64,000 nt of DNA from Candidatus Thorarchaeota archaeon (GCA_963726195.1 CAVSBO010000003.1:672001-736000); one strand, 5' to 3'; counted from the stretch's first letter, positions 44,605-53,427 are shown. Translations and numbers: made by a program. Notes: generated by a model not told the origin, from the sequence alone.

Positions 44605-45267
44605 ATGAAAAGGGAGAGAGACCCCGAGCCTGACCTCGCCTTCCATGTGTCAAACTTGGTGCAATACGCATATCCGGAGCTAATTGGCCGGCATCTGAGA
44701 GCAAGATGGAGCAAACTGCCCTCTTTTGCTGAGATCAGGTGGGGCAAGCCAGGAGAGGAGGTCAGTGTTGTTTGCGACAGAACTGCAAAGCGATGGCACG
44801 AATCCGCACTTGTTGGTTTGCTATCTCATGAACTGAGCCACCCCTGCGTATCGGCCGGGAAACGTGCGGAAGAGAGAACTGATACTGACGCAATTGAAAG
44901 AGGATTAGGTGTATACCTCGCTGCAGAGAGAATCTCCACAGGAAGATATCGTGATCAATTGGTTGGCAGAACCAGAGATAGATACCTCGGCTATCAGACC
45001 ATAAGGCAGCGCCTGACAAGGCATGAGACAACACAACTAGACCGCCTGCTTGACACTCTCAGAATTGTGCCATCGAAATCTGTATTGTCTCCAAGCCAAA
45101 CAATCCACGATACTGCAATCGGCGGCGGTCAAGCACACGTCGGAGGGTATGTGTTTCAAGGCGTCTGCATTCGGCCCGAGTCAAGTGTGAAGCTGCTCGT
45201 CAGAGATGACTCTGTCTTCTTGTATGTGGATGATGAACTAGTCGGAGAGACACGAAACGATTGCTGA
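44605..45267 (+). CDS. Hypothetical protein with HExxH zinc-metalloprotease motif
   Basis: GLLSHELSH..EERTDTDAIERGLG. Confidence 0.65.
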   Translation: MKRERDPEPDLAFHVSNLVQYAYPELIGRHLRARWSKLPSFAEIRWGKPGEEVSVVCDRTAKRWHESALVGLLSHELSHPCVSAGKRAEERTDTDAIERGLGVYLAAERISTGRYRDQLVGRTRDRYLGYQTIRQRLTRHETTQLDRLLDTLRIVPSKSVLSPSQTIHDTAIGGGQAHVGGYVFQGVCIRPESSVKLLVRDDSVFLYVDDELVGETRNDC

Positions 45268-46571
45268 GGCTGCTCTTCACTGCACCGTTCAGAATCAGAC
45301 CTCTTTGTGATGGAAAGGTTCTGCTGGACTCTGACATCGCTGTCAGGCGGGATGTCTTCGTCTATGATGCATCCAGCTCCTATGACGCTGTTCTCTCCAA
45401 TACGAGTCGCCGGATAGATTGATGAGTTCACCCCGATGATGACGCCATCTCCGATGATGGCCCCAAACTTTTTCATTGGCACGAGCACCTCCTCCTCTGG
45501 TGCACGCAGGTAGAGTGGCTGATTACCGGGCCGCCAGTTCCAAAGCTGCACGCCAGCCTCTATACAAGCATCAGCACCCACTATGGAGTCCGCCAGGTAC
45601 GTCATCCTCCCGATCTTGACTCGTTCGAATATCATGCTGTTTCTGATTTCGACGGCATAGCCCAGGTGCACACCGTCACAGAGACTCGCGTAGTCCCTTA
45701 CAAGTGAGTTGTTTCCAACATACACTCTTTTCCCAAGGTATATCGGACCTCGGAGGGTCGTGCCGGGACGAACTATGCATCCCTCATCAATGAAGATTGG
45801 CCCTTCCAAAACTACGTTCTTGTGAATCTCCGCAGACTCGGCTATGAATGTCCCATGGCCCTTTAGCTTTCTATCCATGACAATCCTGTTTGCCTTAAGG
45901 ATGTCCCAAGGCCAAGTGAACTCAGCCCACTCCTTCTCCCACACCGCAGCACTAACTCTCTTTCCACCATTTATCACGGTCTCGATGGCGCGTTCCATGG
46001 TTCCATGCTTGTTGAGCAATGCGAAAATCTCTCGGTTGAATATGGTCAACCCCGCAACTGCGTAGTTGCTCACATAGCGCTCGGGACCACCCTTTTCCAC
46101 AAGGCGTTCAACCATCCCGTTCCTGCCAATCTTTACAGAACCGAACTGCTCTGGGTTCGAGACGAGTGTAACGAGGTAAGTCATGTAAGCATCCTGTGCT
46201 TCATGATTCTCAAGCGCACGCGAAACCATCTCGGGTTCGACCAGCACATCTCCATGTACAGCGAGGAACTCCTCTTCGTCCGCCAGCTCATCCTTGGCAC
46301 AAAGAATCGCGTGCTCGACGCCCTTCTGTTCAAGCTGGTGGACATACCGGATGCTCATGTCCTGATCACCATTCTGCTGAATGTAGTCCATGAGCTCCTG
46401 TTTGCCGTGCCCGACAACCAAGGTGATGTCCTTTATGCCGTTCTCCTTAAGGCTATCAATAATATACTGAATGACAGGCTTGCCGGCTATCATGAGCATT
46501 GACTTGGACCTGTTGGCAGTAAGCGGCCTAAGCCTGTTACCGACGCCTGCAGTCAGAACCAGCGCTTTCAT
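45156..46571 (-). CDS. Sugar-1-phosphate nucleotidylyltransferase/acetyltransferase (GlmU-like)
   Basis: LTAGVGNRLRPLT..K, VEK, hexapeptide repeats, KFGAIIGD. Confidence 0.9.
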   Translation of the reverse strand: MKALVLTAGVGNRLRPLTANRSKSMLMIAGKPVIQYIIDSLKENGIKDITLVVGHGKQELMDYIQQNGDQDMSIRYVHQLEQKGVEHAILCAKDELADEEEFLAVHGDVLVEPEMVSRALENHEAQDAYMTYLVTLVSNPEQFGSVKIGRNGMVERLVEKGGPERYVSNYAVAGLTIFNREIFALLNKHGTMERAIETVINGGKRVSAAVWEKEWAEFTWPWDILKANRIVMDRKLKGHGTFIAESAEIHKNVVLEGPIFIDEGCIVRPGTTLRGPIYLGKRVYVGNNSLVRDYASLCDGVHLGYAVEIRNSMIFERVKIGRMTYLADSIVGADACIEAGVQLWNWRPGNQPLYLRAPEEEVLVPMKKFGAIIGDGVIIGVNSSIYPATRIGENSVIGAGCIIDEDIPPDSDVRVQQNLSITKRSDSERCSEEQPQQSFRVSPTSSSSTYKKTESSLTSSFTLDSGRMQTP

Positions 46572-46647
46572 TTCTTTCACGCTGCCTTCCCAGAGAACTG
46601 GGACTGAATAAAGCCTTTGGCTTGAGATGGTTGTCGCATTACTAGAC

Positions 46648-47377
46648 TTAACGATGGGACAGAGAAAAATACATCCGCTGTTTTCCCGCCCCTACGTTCT
46701 TGCTCTTCCCAATTGAAACTTTCCCAATCTCTCTTGTGTTTGCCACATGTGTGCCTGCACATGAAGCGAAGTCGTAGTCGCCCACGGCAACGACCCGGAA
46801 TTCAGATACTGACTTGGGAACCATCTCCAAGTACCTAACCTGATAGCCTGCCTTTCGCAGAAATGCAATAGCCTCTTCGCGCGGCATGAAACGTATCTTC
46901 ACATCAAGGTTGCGAGCAAGAATCGAATTGACAGCATCCTCAATCTCTTTCTTCATCTGATCCGTGATGTGTTCTATGTGTTGGTAATCAGCTCTGCTTT
47001 CACTTGGCTTCACCATATTGCCGACTGTTTCGAGCCCGTGGTTCAAGAGCAAATAGCGTGAAATGACATGCTGTGCAGTATGAAAGCGCATGCATTCGTA
47101 CCGCCAGTCCCAGTCTGAGAGACCCGTGGACAGCAGGACCAAATCCCTGGGGAATCGCACCAGTGCATATATGCTGTACCTCAGCATCTACCTTCTTGGT
47201 GTCGGCGACTTGGACTGTTACCTTGCCGTCCCTCAGCGTGCCTCTGTCTCCAACCTGTCCGCCCCCTTCCGGGTAGAAGCAGGTCCTATCGAGAACAATG
47301 ACACCCTCACTTCTGCCAGTAATCCGGGCATCAAACTCACGTACATAATTATCACGCATGTGCAGGAGCTCGGTCAT
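46648..47377 (-). CDS. alaX: Alanyl-tRNA editing protein AlaX-M (apparent +1 frameshift near 47116)
   Basis: LDRTCFYPEGGGQVGDRG, HTAQH, CAGTH; span 3n+1. Confidence 0.93.
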
Positions 47378-47388
47378 GAGAGTTCCTT

Positions 47389-47886
47389 CTATGACCGCTT
47401 GTGGCCAGTACGACTCCATTCAAGCACGGCAAGTTCTCCGGCCTTGGCCAAATCTGCTCCGTGCAAGTCGAATTCCTTTGAGTCCGCTGCCGCGTTCATC
47501 ATATTAAGAACCTCTGACTCAGATGTCGCCTCTTTCAGACCTGCGAGCATCGCGCTCACTATTGCTTCCGACACGCCGTGTTCTTGCAGATATGTGGCCA
47601 AGGGCGTGAAGCCCATGGGAACATGACCAGAATCCAGCGACGGCTCCAGACCTATGGTCCTCATCTTGCTCTCGAACAGGTCCGTGACTATGTCGAGGCG
47701 ACTCTTGGTCGGGGGAGCCGTTAGAGCCTTACCCCTGTCTAGCGCTCCGATCATCGAGCTTATCGCTTTGTCGAGGGGAACCTGCGTGGGCTTCTTGAAA
47801 TGCTTCGTAAGTACGAACGTAACACCAAGGAGCAATAGGACTAGGGGGTCTTTCAGAAACATCAGAATACCAGAGCCCTGCACCAA
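47389..47886 (-). CDS. Hypothetical protein with N-terminal membrane anchor
   Basis: One TM helix then a helical domain; 11 nt upstream of alaX. Confidence 0.7.
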   Translation of the reverse strand: MVQGSGILMFLKDPLVLLLLGVTFVLTKHFKKPTQVPLDKAISSMIGALDRGKALTAPPTKSRLDIVTDLFESKMRTIGLEPSLDSGHVPMGFTPLATYLQEHGVSEAIVSAMLAGLKEATSESEVLNMMNAAADSKEFDLHGADLAKAGELAVLEWSRTGHKRS

Positions 47887-48017
47887 GTCATACCCCGAGC
47901 CAGCAGGCCCGGTTCACCTTCTGGCAAACATCGATAAGTAGGTTTCTACGATTCAGTCTAATCCCGGCCACCAAATCATGATTCTTGCCCCCTAGTACGA
48001 GCCATGTTCCAGAACAA

Positions 48018-49157
48018 TCAGTCACTGTCTCTTGCGAAATGCCGTGCCACGTGAAGATACACTTCGACGGATGAAATCAATTGCTTTACAGAGATGTATT
48101 CGTTGGGTTGGTGTGCCTGCTCAATAGAACCTGCCCCACAGATCACATTCAGGATGCCTATCTTGGGCTGCAGAACAGAGCAGTCGGTGCCGAAAGTTGC
48201 GGAACGCGGACGTTGTACTTGGCCTGTCACCTTCTCAACGGCATCCACGGTCGTAGACACTATCTCCGCATCGACTGGCGTGATTACTGCCGGGAGCCCG
48301 TGTACATACTCCACCCTGACTCTATCAGAAAGGCCTGCTGCCTCCAACCTCTTTGTCATTTGTTCAAGAGTAGACTGTGTGCCTTGGCCCTTGACAAGCC
48401 TCATGTCAATTAGCGCTTCACACCGATCGGGAACCACATTGATTTTGATTCCCCCGTTTATCATTCCTATGCTCATCGTCGGTTTTCCCATCAACCTGTC
48501 TGGCTCGAATGGATAGCCTCGGTTATTCAATACCTTGAGAGCATCCATGCATAGGTTGATAGCGTTGATGCCTTCATCAGGCCTAGAAGCGTGCGCTGAC
48601 TTTCCTTCTGCGATAACTCGAACCCATAGCATTCCTTTCTCGCCCACGAGAACCTCGAGTGATGTTGGTTCTCCACATATGCCGTAACGAACTCCTGTCA
48701 GTGCTTTGCTTGCCGCTACTTCATCAGCTCCGGAGGAACCACTCTCTTCGTCGGAAGTGGCCAGCATGAGCAGCGGCTTGCTGTGCCCTTCGCCGGCATA
48801 CTCTATTAATGTCTCAGCCATTGCTGCTAGCGGTCCCTTCATGTCACAGGTGCCCCGCCCGTAGAGTCTGTCACCCACATACTCACAATGAAATGGCTCA
48901 TGTGACCATGAGTCCCTCGGACCCGCAGGGACCGTGTCTAGGTGACCGTGGAGCACCAGCTCTGCTCCGTGAAAATCCCCGTTCGAGATGATCAGGTTTG
49001 GTCTCTTCTCCGGGCCGACACTTGTGCAGGAAAGGCCGTGCTGTTCCACGTGTTCACGAAGGACTCTCGCCGCTTGGGCTTCTTGGCCGGGAGGATTTTC
49101 CGAATTCGCGGCTACGAGCTCTTCAACAAGACGAAGGAGTCGTGATGTGTCTACCAA
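48018..49157 (-). CDS. M20 metallohydrolase (ArgE/DapE family)
   Basis: HGHLDTVP, GRGTCDMKG, DEE, GEPT, GKSAHAS, AHQPNE. Confidence 0.92.
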   Translation of the reverse strand: MVDTSRLLRLVEELVAANSENPPGQEAQAARVLREHVEQHGLSCTSVGPEKRPNLIISNGDFHGAELVLHGHLDTVPAGPRDSWSHEPFHCEYVGDRLYGRGTCDMKGPLAAMAETLIEYAGEGHSKPLLMLATSDEESGSSGADEVAASKALTGVRYGICGEPTSLEVLVGEKGMLWVRVIAEGKSAHASRPDEGINAINLCMDALKVLNNRGYPFEPDRLMGKPTMSIGMINGGIKINVVPDRCEALIDMRLVKGQGTQSTLEQMTKRLEAAGLSDRVRVEYVHGLPAVITPVDAEIVSTTVDAVEKVTGQVQRPRSATFGTDCSVLQPKIGILNVICGAGSIEQAHQPNEYISVKQLISSVEVYLHVARHFARDSD

Positions 49158-49250
49158 AGCTGCATCAATCAGAGTGCTCTGTGGAGTACGCTAAGAAGAT
49201 TCCGACAGCAAAAGGCAGTTTCATAAGGTGAGAACGACACAGATGGAAAT

Positions 49251-49324
49251 TGGCGGTCGATGAGGCAGTTACCCCTAACAGAGCAAAAAGCGATGACGAG
49301 CCAAGAGCAGGCTGAGACTTGCCA
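49251..49324 (+). ncRNA. Candidate C/D-box sRNA
   Basis: CGATGA (49258), CTAA/CAGA (49275/49279), CGATGA (49291), CTGA (49312), with complementary ends TGGCGGTC/GACTTGCCA; C boxes are non-canonical. Confidence 0.35.
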
Positions 49325-49345
49325 CTAATTCATTTCTCAATACTG

Positions 49346-49580
49346 AACCTGCAACAGGTTTGGTCGAAAACCCGTTCCATACTAATCTGCCGCTTTCTCA
49401 GGTTGCCACAACTAGGCACCCCGCGATCCCAACAGGTAACGTATTGGTCCCCATTGTGGGCCTAGCCAAGCCTACCATCTCATCCTCTTGATGGCGGCCC
49501 ACTCTTGTGAAACGGGTATCGACCATTTTCTCGAGCTCCAACGGAAACTGGGCTAGCACGCTAACAAACTTGCTTGGCTT
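49346..49580 (-). ncRNA. Candidate structured ncRNA, family unassigned
   Basis: 17-bp closing helix (49361-49379 with 49508-49525, G-U compatible on the minus strand) enclosing several nested stems; no credible ORF. Confidence 0.55.
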
Positions 49581-49711
49581 GCAGAATACTAGTTCTGTGA
49601 GCATAAATACCCTAAACAGGCGCAGAAACCCAGTTCGTGGCAGAAGTATGCTGTGTGGGGACGTTCCGAACCAGCAGAAACAGTGCGCTTCGAATTATCG
49701 CACTTTTGGTA

Positions 49712-49948
49712 TCAAGCGGACTTAACATTCGGCCAATCAAGGGTTGCGGCCTTTCGAATGATGCTATCAGGCCCGGGCGACGGAAACGACTTGATGAGCA
49801 GAACGCCGTCTTTGCGCGACAGGAATATCCGCTCCGCTTTCGTATCTATCACCATAGTCTCACCTTCCGCAACGAGCTTCTCCGAGTCAGCAAGCCGCAT
49901 ACTCTCAAGAGCTCCTTCAACCACTGACCGTATTGTCCCGACACCCAC
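49712..49948 (-). CDS. Small hypothetical protein (78 aa)
   Basis: GTG start after GGAGG, TATAA box upstream near 50012, globular alpha/beta-like composition. Confidence 0.55.
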   Translation of the reverse strand: MGVGTIRSVVEGALESMRLADSEKLVAEGETMVIDTKAERIFLSRKDGVLLIKSFPSPGPDSIIRKAATLDWPNVKSA

Positions 49949-50044
49949 GTCGCCTCCCGCTGCTTGATTAAGGTGGTGACTTCTGGCTGGCTCTTGACTA
50001 CCGGGCGAGCGTATCCCCCTTATATCACCATCTGTGACATGGCC

Positions 50045-51523
50045 TCAGGGATTGTAGGCAAAGGGATGTCGAGCCGAGTCTCTTCGAGCAATGACTTCCT
50101 CAATTGGCTGCCGACCTTCCAATGCGCGCCTTATGGCAAATCGAGTGGCGCGGAAATTGTTCATGTGCACGCGTCTCGGGTTGTTTGCATTCGGGTGGAC
50201 GAACACCTTGACAGCGATTGCTAGGTCAGGCACAAGCTCTTCCGGGAGCATCCTATCGGTGATCGTCCTTGTCACAGCATCAGCGACGGCCTTCTGTGCA
50301 TATTCGAATACAAGCTTGCTATGGTGCTCGTCCGTTATTGTCACAGTGGGTGCAAAGACGGTGGTGGGGCGTATGTCTTTGATGATGCTCGATGAGTGGA
50401 AACCATCGACCTTAGTATCCGCATTGGTCACTGCAGTTTGCATAGGCCCATCCTTGAGTCCCAGCACTAAATCGACGTGAGCAACTTCCAGTCCTTCCCC
50501 GCACAGGGCCTCTCCATGAAGCAACGTCAGATCATCGATGACATCCTTGCTCAGCCCAACGGCCTTGGGATACGAGTCCGCCACAAGCGACCGATTACGC
50601 GCCTTGTAAGTGACCGGGCCTCGAGGGATGACTTGGATGTCCTCCAGCTGCGTTCTCAGTTCGTCAATGTCGTCAAAGCCCAGTATGTCTCCCTCCATTA
50701 GAGGCATTCGGGCCGAGCCAACTGGAACTCCTATCATGTTGAGAGCCGCTTTGACGGCGAGAGGGCCACCCTTGTTCACCACAATCCGGGCGGTTCGTTG
50801 GAGGCTCCGTTGAATCAGCCGAGCTTCTTTCAAATCTCCTTGGGCCAGAGCAGTCATGATTCTCATGTACCTGTCGGGAAAAATGTTTGCAGTTCCCAAG
50901 ATAACGCCGTCACAACCTGCAGCAATGCTGGACAGCACAACTTCATCATGTCCATTCACGACTTGGAAGTCCTCGGGCCTGCGAGCAAGTATCTGTGACA
51001 GGTTGACTAGATTCCCGCTGGCATCGCTAAGTCCAACCACGCCTTTGACTTCGCGAAGACCCTCTACGAGGAACCAATCAATGTTCACGCCAGTTAGCTG
51101 CGGGCAATTATACAGGAATATCGGGAGACTACCAGCGCTTGCGACCTTCTCATAGTGCTCATAGATTTCCTTCGTGGACGGTTTCATGAAATATGGAGAG
51201 ACGACTAACGCCGCTGAAGCTCCGAACTCCGCGGCCTTAAGATAAAGCTTCACCACATCAGCAGTGTATGCTGCACAAGCGCCAGCAAGTACGGGCACCC
51301 GTCCCTTGGCAGCGTCACACGCAATTCGAATCGCTTCTACTTTCTCTTCGAATGTCATGCTAGTGAATTCGCCAAGTGACGCACATGGGACTATCCCGCT
51401 GGCTCCTGCCTTGATGACATAGTCAATGAGATTGCGATATTGGGCTTCATTCACGCCTTCTTCATCGAACGGCGTCACTAATCCCGCGTACACGCCCTTG
51501 AATCGCCAAGAACCATCTGTCAT
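50045..51523 (-). CDS. DapA-family (pseudo)aldolase fused to formaldehyde-activating enzyme (Fae); aldolase Lys lost, Fae His retained
   Basis: CASLGE instead of GTTGE, VVGLSDASG instead of GIKD; C-terminal GEALCGEGLEVAHVDLVLG..AQKAVADAV..VFVHP..HPF. Confidence 0.88.
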   Translation of the reverse strand: MTDGSWRFKGVYAGLVTPFDEEGVNEAQYRNLIDYVIKAGASGIVPCASLGEFTSMTFEEKVEAIRIACDAAKGRVPVLAGACAAYTADVVKLYLKAAEFGASAALVVSPYFMKPSTKEIYEHYEKVASAGSLPIFLYNCPQLTGVNIDWFLVEGLREVKGVVGLSDASGNLVNLSQILARRPEDFQVVNGHDEVVLSSIAAGCDGVILGTANIFPDRYMRIMTALAQGDLKEARLIQRSLQRTARIVVNKGGPLAVKAALNMIGVPVGSARMPLMEGDILGFDDIDELRTQLEDIQVIPRGPVTYKARNRSLVADSYPKAVGLSKDVIDDLTLLHGEALCGEGLEVAHVDLVLGLKDGPMQTAVTNADTKVDGFHSSSIIKDIRPTTVFAPTVTITDEHHSKLVFEYAQKAVADAVTRTITDRMLPEELVPDLAIAVKVFVHPNANNPRRVHMNNFRATRFAIRRALEGRQPIEEVIARRDSARHPFAYNP

Positions 51524-51529
51524 CTTCTT

Positions 51530-52933
51530 TCACCTCCATATCTGACCGAGCGCTGCAGAGACAGCTCCCTCGGTGGCGGCAGTGATTGCCCTTCGTTCGA
51601 GACTGTCCAAGTCCACATCAATGACCATCACCATGACGTGGCTTTGGAGCACATCAGAAGGTATCTTTCCGGCAGCCAAGTGACCAGCTACGGCCTTGGC
51701 AGCACCAGATTGGACCGGACCATAGAAAACAGACGCCTGACGCATTGATCCGATTTTCCGTCCCGGCAGCATTAAACTGGACGGCTTGACAGCTAGGTTG
51801 GGCTCAAGAATCACTGACAAAGCCTCCCTGCCGATTCTTGGGCTAGTCAACAAGCGGACAAATGCAGATCCCAATGGTCCGGCTTTGGGTCCGCACACGA
51901 TGCTAACAGTGCAAGCTTGGTTTGACCCATGTCCAAGCTTCAGACCTCGTTGCTGCTCGGAGCTCATACCAGCGTCCGACAGAACACTATTGATATCGAC
52001 CTCCTTTGCGGGGGAGACATGCTTTGAGCTCTCGATCAGACCGAGCTTCTCCAGCTCGACTCTGATCTCCTCCTTGAGTTCCGGAGTCAGCGTTCCACCC
52101 GTGTTAAGTGGCATCCGAGTTTTCCCCGCGTCAATCCCCATCATCTTGAGTGCGGCTTTCACCGGAGGAGCTCCCCCGTATCTCGTGACTATGCGGGTAA
52201 GAGTCTGTACTGAGAGCTGAATCTTGAGGGCCCCATCCAAGTCACCTTTTCGGACTTTCTTCATTAGGTCCATCCAGAGATGGGGAATAATGTTCGCCGA
52301 CGCCATGATGGCTGCATTTACGCCTGCTGTCACGGCAGAGAAGAACACCTCATCGTTGCCATCTATCACAGCAATTCGGCCCTTGAGCTTCTGCAGTAGT
52401 TCCAGCATGTAGGTCATGTTACCGCTGCTGTCCTTGATACCGACGACGTTGTCAATGTCTGCTAGATCCTCTACCACGTTCGGAGGTACAACGCCTATGC
52501 CACCCATCTGTGGAATGTTGTAGAGTATTATTGGCAAGTCGCTCTTTCTTGCTACAGTGGCGTAATGCTCGTATAGGCCCTTGTCATTCGGTTTGAGATA
52601 GAACGGAGAGACAACCAAGGCAGCATCACAGCCGATATCGGCGGCGTATTTCGATAGTTCAGTCGCCGCCTTGGTGCTAGTCTGACCCGTGCCTGCGATT
52701 ATTGGAACACGGCCGTTGACGAACTTCATCGTGATATCCAGCAGCTTCTTTCGTTCGTCCATGTTCATGTAGACAAATTCACCAGTCGTTCCGGCAGGCA
52801 CAACTCCGGTGGCGCCCTTGCTTATCGTGTAATCGATGATTTCACGATAGCTTTGTTGGATAAGGTCGCCGTCCTTATTGAACGGTGTAACGAGCGCGGG
52901 GAACACACCTTTAGGCACGAACTTCTTGGGCAT
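51530..52933 (-). CDS. DapA-family class I aldolase fused to a degenerate Fae-like domain
   Basis: GTTGE, ILYNIP, VVGIKDSSG intact; C-terminal GPKAGPLGSAF..ILEPNLAVKP..FYGPVQSGAAKAV is Fae-like but lacks EVAH. Confidence 0.88.
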   Translation of the reverse strand: MPKKFVPKGVFPALVTPFNKDGDLIQQSYREIIDYTISKGATGVVPAGTTGEFVYMNMDERKKLLDITMKFVNGRVPIIAGTGQTSTKAATELSKYAADIGCDAALVVSPFYLKPNDKGLYEHYATVARKSDLPIILYNIPQMGGIGVVPPNVVEDLADIDNVVGIKDSSGNMTYMLELLQKLKGRIAVIDGNDEVFFSAVTAGVNAAIMASANIIPHLWMDLMKKVRKGDLDGALKIQLSVQTLTRIVTRYGGAPPVKAALKMMGIDAGKTRMPLNTGGTLTPELKEEIRVELEKLGLIESSKHVSPAKEVDINSVLSDAGMSSEQQRGLKLGHGSNQACTVSIVCGPKAGPLGSAFVRLLTSPRIGREALSVILEPNLAVKPSSLMLPGRKIGSMRQASVFYGPVQSGAAKAVAGHLAAGKIPSDVLQSHVMVMVIDVDLDSLERRAITAATEGAVSAALGQIWR

Positions 52934-52967
52934 CGGATTCACTGGGCAGCAAGCCGGTCCGCAGGTG

Positions 52968-52982
52968 CTATATAAGTTTCTA
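52968..52982 (-). promoter_or_regulatory. TATA box/BRE of the aldolase-Fae operon
   Basis: Minus strand AGAAACTTATATAG about 35-45 nt upstream of ATG 52933. Confidence 0.55.
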
Positions 52983-53065
52983 AAGAGCATGTCCCGGCAT
53001 ATGGAGAAGAAAGAGGTAATTTCTGACCTCACAAACGAATCGGCATGAGACTTGAAATGCAAGAT

Positions 53066-53105
53066 GAGAAAGAGAGGGTGTGCCGATCCCGCTTGGAATC
53101 GGCAC
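53066..53105 (-). terminator. Hairpin plus pyrimidine tract
   Basis: Minus strand GTGCCGATTCC-AAGC-GGGATCGGCAC followed by CCCTCTCTTTCTC. Confidence 0.6.
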
Positions 53106-53325
53106 CAGGGGTCTAGGTTAGTTTCTGTTACTTCAAGGTCACGTTCCAGTGGTGGAGGTTGGTGCCGTTCAGGCCCAAGGTCCGCCTGGAGGAACTATTG
53201 GTAGTCCGCCTGCTTTTGCGTTCATTCGGTTATTCACCGAAAATGCTTTCAGCCACCAACCTCAATCCGGCCGATTGACAGTCTTCTACTGTTTTCGGCT
53301 CCGAGAGAAGCAGAGACTGTCATAC
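53070..53325 (-). ncRNA. Candidate ~250-nt structured ncRNA (or structured sORF transcript)
   Basis: TATA-like ATATAA (53347-53352), 5' hairpin (53276-53322), 10-bp helix 53155-53164/53254-53263 enclosing 5-6 small stems, 3' terminator. Confidence 0.55.
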
Positions 53326-53427
53326 GCCACCGGAAAACCCAACGAGATTATATGACCTCGAGCACACTCATTACCGGAGAGGTGGCCTTACTTTTCTTCG
53401 AAAGAGAACTCAATCTCATGATACTGG

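Noticed and set aside
45156-45267. 112-nt convergent overlap of the GlmU-like and HExxH genes as a functional feature
   Set aside because: The overlapping tail is low-complexity and looks like incidental stop-codon drift.
21126-47377. Mass pseudogenisation or programmed frameshifting
   Set aside because: Single-base indels in otherwise intact genes, including essential GluRS; no slippery heptamers; motif association favours sequencing error.
49395-49425. TPP riboswitch (GGGGTGC...CTGAGA on the minus strand)
   Set aside because: The 3' half (ACCTGAT...TAAT...GCG.AGG) is absent.
50045-52933. Annotation as ordinary dapA in a lysine operon with dapE
   Set aside because: Arg138 equivalent missing in both, catalytic Lys missing in one, Fae fusions present, and no dapB/asd/lysA nearby.
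53150-53264. Lysine or c-di-GMP-I riboswitch, tmRNA, SRP or RNase P identity for the structured element
   Set aside because: Only fragmentary resemblances (ACGCAAAA, CTCCACCA, ACAGAAA); the diagnostic cores are missing.
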